Origin: an uncultured Bacilli bacterium
Lineage (GTDB): Bacteria > Bacillota_I > Bacilli_A > RF39 > UBA660
DNA length: 56,252 nt
Reading direction: 5' to 3'
Assembly: GCA_947625575.1 (NCBI GenBank)
Contig: CANQOV010000004.1
Location: 1 to 56,252 of the forward strand
Shown here in pieces: positions 20,897 through 27,397 of the stretch. The position numbers were made by a program, and so were the translations under genes. Under the pieces are notes generated by a model. That model saw nothing but the letters and a program-made list of their open reading frames with translations. It was not told the DNA's origin and did not search any database. The stretch's first letter is position 1. The number at the start of each line of letters is the position of its first letter.

Positions 20897-22978
20897 CTAT
20901 TTATTATCTTTAGAAATAAATCTAACATAACCCCTATTATTTTCTATAATATTTTTATCTTCACAGCTTACTATATTTTTATAATCTTCTAATATTCTAT
21001 TAAACATTACCCTTATTACACTTTGTCGCATATGATAATATTTTGAAAGCAAATTGTAAACAAAACTATTATCTTCAAAATTAAGTAGCAATAATAAAGC
21101 AAAAGACTCTTTAAAAGTAAAATAGTTCAATAATATTTCAAATGCTTTTGAATTAATTAAATTTAAAATTTTAATATACTCTTCTTTTTCTAAAACATCA
21201 CAATTAGTATCATTAGATAAATATTTTGTCAATTGTTCTAGGCTTTGCTCCTGTTGATTTATATCCAAACATTTTAAAAATCTACTCATTTTTGGCAAGA
21301 TAACATCATGAAATAAATTATTTTCGCTTTTAGTTATTACCTGTTCATCACTATCTCCATACATTTTATTAACTACTGCTATTTCATCTTTAGATAACAA
21401 TTTTAAAATTTTTGAAACTTGAGAAGTAGTATAACCATTAAAAATAGTATAGATAGTAAATCTTAATCTTGATTTTCTTATTGCTCTTACATGTTGTTTG
21501 GCTTCTATCGTTGATGTCCTTTCATCTTTAATTCTTTGAATTGTTTTTTTAGCTTCTGTTGGATTTTGCGTATAAATAACAAGATCATCAGCCAAACCAG
21601 AAACTATTATTTTATTTAATGCCGCTAACTCTATTGTTCTTACCCTTTCTCCAGTTATATTATATTTATTACCAATAACAGTTCTTGCTACTGGATTAGC
21701 TACTCCAAATCTTAACTTTAAAATAGTCCTTTCCCTTTCAGACAAACTACTATCATTAAATAATTTTTCTATTTCCGATTTTATAGATTCATTTACTACT
21801 AAATCATCAGGAGAATCATCATTACTGGCTATTAAATCCCCGAGTTCAGTACCTTCATCATCTAAGACGGTATCATTAAGACTAGATAAATCATAATTAA
21901 TAAGTTCCAAATTTTTAGCCATTTGCAAAGAAATTCCTAATCGATCTGTAACTTCAGACATCTTTGGAACTCTTTTATTGTTCATCTGAGCTTTCAATAC
22001 AATCTTTTTATATTTAAAAATTGCAAAATATGCATTATAAGGAAAAATAATACCGTTTCCCTTTCTACTAATTGCATCACTAATATAATGTTTTATCCAA
22101 GAAGTAGCATAAGTTAAAAATCTATATCCCTTGTCTGGATCAAATTTATCAATTGAAAATATAAGCCCCATATTCCCCTCTTGAACTAAATCAAGATAAT
22201 CCAAACCACGACCAACAAATTTTTTAGCAATTAAAGCAACAAATTTTAGATTTCTTTCAACCAACATATTCTTAGCACGTTTATCACCATCACTAGCCTT
22301 TCTTACCAATGCTTTTTCTTCTTCAATTGATAAGACTGGTATACCTTTAATTTCATTTAAATACATTGTTATGTCACTAGGCAATTCTTCTTTTTCATCA
22401 TAACTAATACCATTAAAATGCACATTTTGAACATTATGTAACATACAGTAACTATCAATTGCCATTGCCATTAAATCATTATCAAATATTTTCTTTTTTT
22501 CTAAATTTGTTTTTGTCTGATAAACTTTAAACACTACTTCAACAGCTCTATTAAAAAGAACATTTTCACGTAACAAATTCATTATCAAATCAATAGTAGG
22601 AACAAAATTACATTTTTCAAATAACTTAATTAATTTTGTAAAACAACTCATTACTTCATCATAGCTTGAAACATCAGTAAATTCCTGATTTATATAACTA
22701 TTCAATAAATCAACAACAGAGTCTTTTTCATTAATAAAAACACATACTTTTTTTATTAACTCTAACTCTATTTTCTCATTAATAAAACTTTCATAATTTT
22801 CATTACCTAAATAAGTGTTTTTAGAATCTTTTATCTTCTCTATCACTAATCGATAAAATTCTTCATCACTTAAATTCAAACATTTAAAAGCATCTTTTAA
22901 TTTGTTAATATTTGGTAATATCAAATTATATATTTGTTCTACACTCAATTGTTTTACTTTCTCTAAATCTAAGTCCAT
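20897..22978 (-). CDS. RpoD-like sigma-70 factor with long N- and C-terminal extensions
   Basis: region 1.2 'MYLNEIKGIPVLSIEEE', region 2 'RGLDYLDLVQEGNMGL..SIDKFDPDKGYRFLTYATSWI', region 4 'LSERERTILKLRFG...ITGERVRTIE'; AGGAGG before ATG 22978. Confidence 0.85.
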   Translation of the reverse strand: MDLDLEKVKQLSVEQIYNLILPNINKLKDAFKCLNLSDEEFYRLVIEKIKDSKNTYLGNENYESFINEKIELELIKKVCVFINEKDSVVDLLNSYINQEFTDVSSYDEVMSCFTKLIKLFEKCNFVPTIDLIMNLLRENVLFNRAVEVVFKVYQTKTNLEKKKIFDNDLMAMAIDSYCMLHNVQNVHFNGISYDEKEELPSDITMYLNEIKGIPVLSIEEEKALVRKASDGDKRAKNMLVERNLKFVALIAKKFVGRGLDYLDLVQEGNMGLIFSIDKFDPDKGYRFLTYATSWIKHYISDAISRKGNGIIFPYNAYFAIFKYKKIVLKAQMNNKRVPKMSEVTDRLGISLQMAKNLELINYDLSSLNDTVLDDEGTELGDLIASNDDSPDDLVVNESIKSEIEKLFNDSSLSERERTILKLRFGVANPVARTVIGNKYNITGERVRTIELAALNKIIVSGLADDLVIYTQNPTEAKKTIQRIKDERTSTIEAKQHVRAIRKSRLRFTIYTIFNGYTTSQVSKILKLLSKDEIAVVNKMYGDSDEQVITKSENNLFHDVILPKMSRFLKCLDINQQEQSLEQLTKYLSNDTNCDVLEKEEYIKILNLINSKAFEILLNYFTFKESFALLLLLNFEDNSFVYNLLSKYYHMRQSVIRVMFNRILEDYKNIVSCEDKNIIENNRGYVRFISKDNK

Positions 22979-23117
22979 TTTGCACCTCCTAAAATACACA
23001 CATATTTTAACACTTTTTTGCAAATTTGTAAACTTTTTTCATAAATAAAAAGATTAAGTTCTAACTCTTAATCTCTATATTATATCCAAAAAATATTGAT
23101 AAATTCCAACATCAAAT

Positions 23118-24092
23118 TTAATTTTGCATTAAAATATGTTGACCTTTAACTAATTCATAATTAATTAAATCTTTACTATCTAAATTTTCTTTATGCATAT
23201 CAACACAAGTTATTTGACTATTTTCATAAGTTGTATAGTAATAAAGTCCTTTATCCAAATTACAGCAAGAGCTATAAATAGTTATCTCATATTGACCATT
23301 ACCCATATGAACACAACCTCTTTGTTGTTCTACAGATCCCAAAATATGGAAAAATTGACTGATACTTTCTAATTCATCATCTTTTGATAAAGAATTCATT
23401 TTAGTAAAAGTTGCTTTTACAAAACGTGATGCTGATGACAAATCTCCAGGTAATCCTAAAGCTCCCATACCACGACTATAAACATCAAAATTTAATTTTT
23501 TTGAAAAATTATTACTTGGTTGTTCAATAGATAATCCCATATAATTATTTAAATTAAACATCTGCATATCAAAGCAAGGATTATTAGTAAGCACTCCAAC
23601 AGGGTTATCGTATACTTTTAAACCCTCTAAAACGCACTCCACTACTACAGAACTATTTTTGTCTGCAATTATCCAGTGCAAAGGAGAAACAGGCAATTGT
23701 TCACTAAAATTTATATCAACTAAATTTATTTTATTTAATAATTCTTTAGCTTCTGATAAAGTAGCACACTGTGATAAAATCCATGGAATAAACTCAAAAG
23801 GAGCCACATTATCTTTACCATCAACTTCATCTTTATATTTGGCATTTTTTGGAAAATTTAATCCAGCCATACCTAAACCCTTTTCATTAATAGCATCATA
23901 ATAAAGTGGATAATTATCTGAAACATAAGCCATGCCAATAATAGCATAATGTTTATTAATATTACCAACTTTTCTAAATTTAAAATCATAATTTCTAGGT
24001 GTTATTGTAACTGTTTCCTTATATGAATATTCTAAATCTAAATTTCTTCCAAAATAATGATCTTTTGTATTATAAGTTATAGCTGTACACAT
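23118..24092 (-). CDS. bsh: choloylglycine hydrolase (bile salt hydrolase)
   Basis: N-terminal nucleophile 'MCTA', 'GRNLD', 'NEKGL', 'LTNNP', 'GLPGD.SS.SRF'. Confidence 0.92.
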   Translation of the reverse strand: MCTAITYNTKDHYFGRNLDLEYSYKETVTITPRNYDFKFRKVGNINKHYAIIGMAYVSDNYPLYYDAINEKGLGMAGLNFPKNAKYKDEVDGKDNVAPFEFIPWILSQCATLSEAKELLNKINLVDINFSEQLPVSPLHWIIADKNSSVVVECVLEGLKVYDNPVGVLTNNPCFDMQMFNLNNYMGLSIEQPSNNFSKKLNFDVYSRGMGALGLPGDLSSASRFVKATFTKMNSLSKDDELESISQFFHILGSVEQQRGCVHMGNGQYEITIYSSCCNLDKGLYYYTTYENSQITCVDMHKENLDSKDLINYELVKGQHILMQN

Positions 24093-24150
24093 AAATATTA
24101 CCTTCTTTCATCTTAGTAATTTTATTATAACATAAAATATTATCCCATGA

Positions 24151-24328
24151 AAAAACTTCATCATAAGGTGAAGTTCTGCATTTTCAACCGGGATTATTTA
24201 TTACTCGCTAGCCACCCGGAAGCGAAAAACACCGTCGACCGGGATTATTTATTACTCGCTAGCCACCCGGAAGCGAGAAACATTTTCAAATGCAATATAA
24301 GTATATAATATTTTTATGAAAATATCAA
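24151..24328 (-). ncRNA. orphan type III antitoxin (CptI-like) unit: promoter + 2.2 x 51-nt repeats + terminator
   Basis: repeats 24178-24288 near-identical to 27204-27314; TTGATA-17-TATACT promoter; terminator at 24151-24175; no toxin downstream. Confidence 0.8.
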
Positions 24329-24420
24329 ATATTATTAATTTTTGACTTATCTATTTTCTTTTTGGTTGCAATCTATAATAAGATTGAAATAAAATATATA
24401 AAACTAAAAGTTTATTACAG

Positions 24421-24518
24421 AAAAATAGGGCTCCATCAATTAGACAGTGCCCTTGCAAAAATGATTTAACATTTTTTCCTCACATAAATAAATATAACAC
24501 GAAATTATAATATGTCAA
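24421..24518 (-). ncRNA. short transcription unit (sRNA or 10-aa peptide MLNHFCKGTV)
   Basis: TTGACA-16-TATATT with TGn, GAGG RBS, ORF 24472-24440, GC hairpin 24427-24453 plus T-tract. Confidence 0.4.
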
Positions 24519-24745
24519 ATATTATTTGATTATCTCAATATTTTTTAAATTATATTTTATTTTAAATTTCATTATTCAATAAAAAATCAATTAAATTTAA
24601 ATGTATAATTCCTTTGCATGATAAATCAATTTTATCTAAAGAAATAACATACATAAACTTTCTTTTTCTTTCCAAAATTATCTTAGAAAAAACATAATCA
24701 AATTCAGCGATTAATTTTTGCTTCCGTTTTTGTTTACAATATTTT

Positions 24746-25996
24746 TCAGTACTCTAAACTATTTGGGTCTAGTAAAAAATCAAATATATTCATCATTATT
24801 ATTCCATCTTCAGTTCTAGTCCTTTTTATGTAGTCTTTTACAATTATAACTTTTTTAAAAGAATCATTAATTTTTAAAAGTGGTCGTTCTTCCTGTTTAA
24901 TTTTTTCTTCATTTGGCATACTAAATGCTGATTGAATATATATTTTATTATTTCCTTTATTTGCAACAAAATCCACTTCTAATTGCTTATAAATATATTC
25001 ATTTTCATTTTTGTCTTTTAATTCTATAAGACCAACATCAACATTGTATCCTCTTCTCTTTAATTCTAGATATATAACATTTTCCATAATATGTGTTTCT
25101 TCATGTTGCCTAAAGTTAATAAAAGAATTGCGGAGTCCTAAATCACTAAAATAGTATTTGTTAGGAGTACTTATATATTTTTTCCCCTTTACATCATATC
25201 TTTCAGCCTTTTCTATTATAAATGCTTCTTCTAAATATTTTAAATACAAGCTTATTGTTTTGTGATCAATATTTATTCCTGCGGTTGATTGAAAGGTATC
25301 CGAAAGTTTCTTGGGATTAGTAAGTGAGCCAATATTGGAAGAAATTATCTCAATCAAATTAACTAATTTACTATCATTTTTTACATTATTTCTTTCAATG
25401 ACATCATTAACATAAACATTTTTTTGTTGTTCTTTTAAATAAGCCTTTTTTCTTTCATCACTATTCATTGAAACAACTAGTGGTAACCCACCATAAGTTA
25501 TATATTCAACCCAACCATCAAGTTTATCTCCATCATATACCGACATAAATTCAGAATATGATAATGGATATATTCTAATTTCTTCGCCTCTTCCTCTAAA
25601 TTCAGTAATTATATCACTAGATAAAAACTTTGAATTACTACCTGTTACATAAATATCAATATTTGGTATTCGCAAAAGACCATTTAAAACTCCTTCAAAA
25701 TTTTCACATTTTTGAACTTCATCTAGTATTACATAATATATTTTTTCATCTACTATTTTTTCTTTAATAAATTTACTTAAATTTTGTGGAATTAATAAAT
25801 ATTCATTATCAGAATCATCTAATGCTATTGATATAATATGATCTTTTGACACATTATTATTTAACAAATATTCATAAAATAATGTATTAAGCAAATAAGA
25901 TTTACCACATCTACGAATTCCAGTAACAACTTTGATAAGACCATCATTTTGTGCTTCAATAAGTCTATTTAAATAATAATCACGATTTATTCTCAT
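24746..25996 (-). CDS. AAA ATPase (AAA_14 + DUF4143-type)
   Basis: 'TGIRRCGKS', 'ILDEVQ', 'VTGSNS', 'KYYFSDLGLRN', 'EVDFV'; start at ATG 25996 after GAGAGG. Confidence 0.88.
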   Translation of the reverse strand: MRINRDYYLNRLIEAQNDGLIKVVTGIRRCGKSYLLNTLFYEYLLNNNVSKDHIISIALDDSDNEYLLIPQNLSKFIKEKIVDEKIYYVILDEVQKCENFEGVLNGLLRIPNIDIYVTGSNSKFLSSDIITEFRGRGEEIRIYPLSYSEFMSVYDGDKLDGWVEYITYGGLPLVVSMNSDERKKAYLKEQQKNVYVNDVIERNNVKNDSKLVNLIEIISSNIGSLTNPKKLSDTFQSTAGINIDHKTISLYLKYLEEAFIIEKAERYDVKGKKYISTPNKYYFSDLGLRNSFINFRQHEETHIMENVIYLELKRRGYNVDVGLIELKDKNENEYIYKQLEVDFVANKGNNKIYIQSAFSMPNEEKIKQEERPLLKINDSFKKVIIVKDYIKRTRTEDGIIMMNIFDFLLDPNSLEY

Positions 25997-26052
25997 ATTG
26001 ATTTTCCTCTCAGTTATCATTATACTCCTATTTAATAAAATTATCATTTAAT

Positions 26053-26092
26053 TATTCCCAAAAAAACTCCAAAGTTGACTTTTTTGGGAATA
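26053..26092. promoter_or_regulatory. 13-bp perfect inverted repeat upstream of the ATPase
   Basis: TATTCCCAAAAAA-N14-TTTTTTGGGAATA. Confidence 0.5.
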
Positions 26093-26113
26093 CAAATAAT
26101 TATCATATATAAC

Positions 26114-26222
26114 AAAAATACCTAATCTCTTAAAAGAAATTAGGTAGATTGACTCAGGGCTTCATAAGTTTCCTGAATACTAATCGTTATAAACTGTATC
26201 ATATATTTATATATAAAGTCAA
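26114..26222 (-). ncRNA. candidate hairpin small RNA, copy 1 (with promoter and terminator)
   Basis: TTGACT-18-TACAGT with TGn; 39-nt stem-loop 26147-26185; terminator 26119-26146. Confidence 0.55.
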
Positions 26223-26289
26223 TACATCTTTTATATTAAATTTATATAATATTTTTGAAATTTTTGCTGCTTCTATTATTTATCCAGTC

Positions 26290-26350
26290 TTTCTTTAATT
26301 GCGGCTTGTACCACAATCTCATTCGGGATGAATAAGATTAAATTTTATAA
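26290..26350 (-). repeat. att-like copy 3 of ppdK 3' core plus conserved arm
   Basis: TTTCTTTAATTGCGGCTTGT (26290-26309) + ACCACAATCTCATTCGGGATGAATAAGATTAAATT. Confidence 0.85.
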
Positions 26351-26408
26351 ATTTACTAATGACTAATGCTTTCAATACTATTAATTATACCACTTTCAAT
26401 TCAAAATT

Positions 26409-26490
26409 AAAACCTAGTTATTAAAACTAGGCTCTCAATGGCCTAGAGCTTCAAAAGTTTTCTAGGCACCACTCGATATATAATATACCA
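26409..26490 (-). ncRNA. candidate hairpin small RNA, copy 2
   Basis: TGnTATATT; 39-nt stem-loop 26436-26474 covarying with copy 1; terminator 26413-26431. Confidence 0.55.
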
Positions 26491-26526
26491 TGTTTATATA
26501 AATTATATTTTTGATTTTATAATATC

Positions 26527-26553
26527 AAAAAAGACTAAGTTTCCTTAGTCTTT
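26527..26553 (-). terminator. intrinsic terminator after the alternative ppdK end (KQGE*)
   Basis: AAAGACTAAG-GAAA-CTTAGTCTTTTTT on minus strand. Confidence 0.75.
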
Positions 26554-26576
26554 AATCATATATTATTCTCCTTGTT

Positions 26577-26637
26577 TTTCTTTAATTGCGGCTTGTACCA
26601 CAAACTCATTTGGGATGAATAAGATTAAATTTATAAA
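26577..26637 (-). repeat. att-like copy 2 of ppdK 3' core plus conserved arm
   Basis: TTTCTTTAATTGCGGCTTGT (26577-26596) + ACCACAAACTCATTTGGGATGAATAAGATTAAATT. Confidence 0.85.
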
Positions 26638-26667
26638 ATATTATTTTTAAAATGACTTATTTGCAAT

Positions 26668-27135
26668 TTACTTCATTTCTTCTAACATTTTTTCTTTTAG
26701 TTTGTCTATATCCGTGAAAAATAAATTTGTGCCTCTCTTTTTTAATCCTATCATATTTTTAAATAAACTTTTAATTTCATTTTGCAAATCTGTTGAAACT
26801 CTTAGTGGTACTCCATCAACAGTATGAACATGGTCTATATATTTTTCTAGTGTTGGAAAAGCATTTTGTAATAAAATAGCAGCATCTTCATCGGCAATTT
26901 TTCTAATAATTATAGTATTACAAAATCCATACTTCTCGACTTTTTTATCAATAATCTTTTGATATTTATCAACTTTAGAACTAATAGGAATAAACCATAA
27001 AATATTTTTATCTTTAATTGTAAAATAAGTAGGTCTCTTCTTTCCTTTTTCATGATTTTGCATTAAATTTTCATCATTAACGACATCAAAATATTCATCT
27101 TTGATGTGATATAAATAACCTGTTTTTATTTTCAT
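26668..27135 (-). CDS. type III toxin-antitoxin toxin, CptN-like endoribonuclease
   Basis: 'G.LYHIKDEYF...LMQN.E...RP.Y...LWFIPISSKVDKY...LLQNAFP'; preceded by tandem repeats and terminator. Confidence 0.85.
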   Translation of the reverse strand: MKIKTGYLYHIKDEYFDVVNDENLMQNHEKGKKRPTYFTIKDKNILWFIPISSKVDKYQKIIDKKVEKYGFCNTIIIRKIADEDAAILLQNAFPTLEKYIDHVHTVDGVPLRVSTDLQNEIKSLFKNMIGLKKRGTNLFFTDIDKLKEKMLEEMK

Positions 27136-27176
27136 TGTCATCAACTCCATAAAAAGTATACCACAAAGCAAAAGAA

Positions 27177-27364
27177 AACTCCACCTTACGATGAAGTTAT
27201 TCTACATTTTCAACCGGGATCACTTATTACTCGCTAGCCACCCGGAAGCGAGAAACATTGTCGACCGGGATTATTTATTACTCGCTAGCCACCCGGAAGC
27301 GAGAAACATTTTCACACTTTTTCAAGTGCAACATAAATATACTACATTTTTATGAAAATGTCAA
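27177..27364 (-). ncRNA. type III antitoxin RNA (CptI-like): promoter, 2.2 x 51-nt repeats, terminator
   Basis: TTGACA-17-TATATT; repeats 27204-27314 with H-type pseudoknot (CTCGCT/AGCGAG, CCGGG/CCCGG); terminator 27177-27198. Confidence 0.88.
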
Positions 27365-27397
27365 ATAGTATACATTAATAGTATATTCATTTTCAAT

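Noticed and set aside
24366-24388. CAATCT-N6-AGATTG palindrome as an operator
   Set aside because: Single short AT-rich palindrome with no linked regulator; could be chance
27204-27314. 51-nt repeats as a CRISPR array
   Set aside because: Contiguous repeats with no unique spacers and no cas genes; pseudoknot and toxin context fit a type III antitoxin
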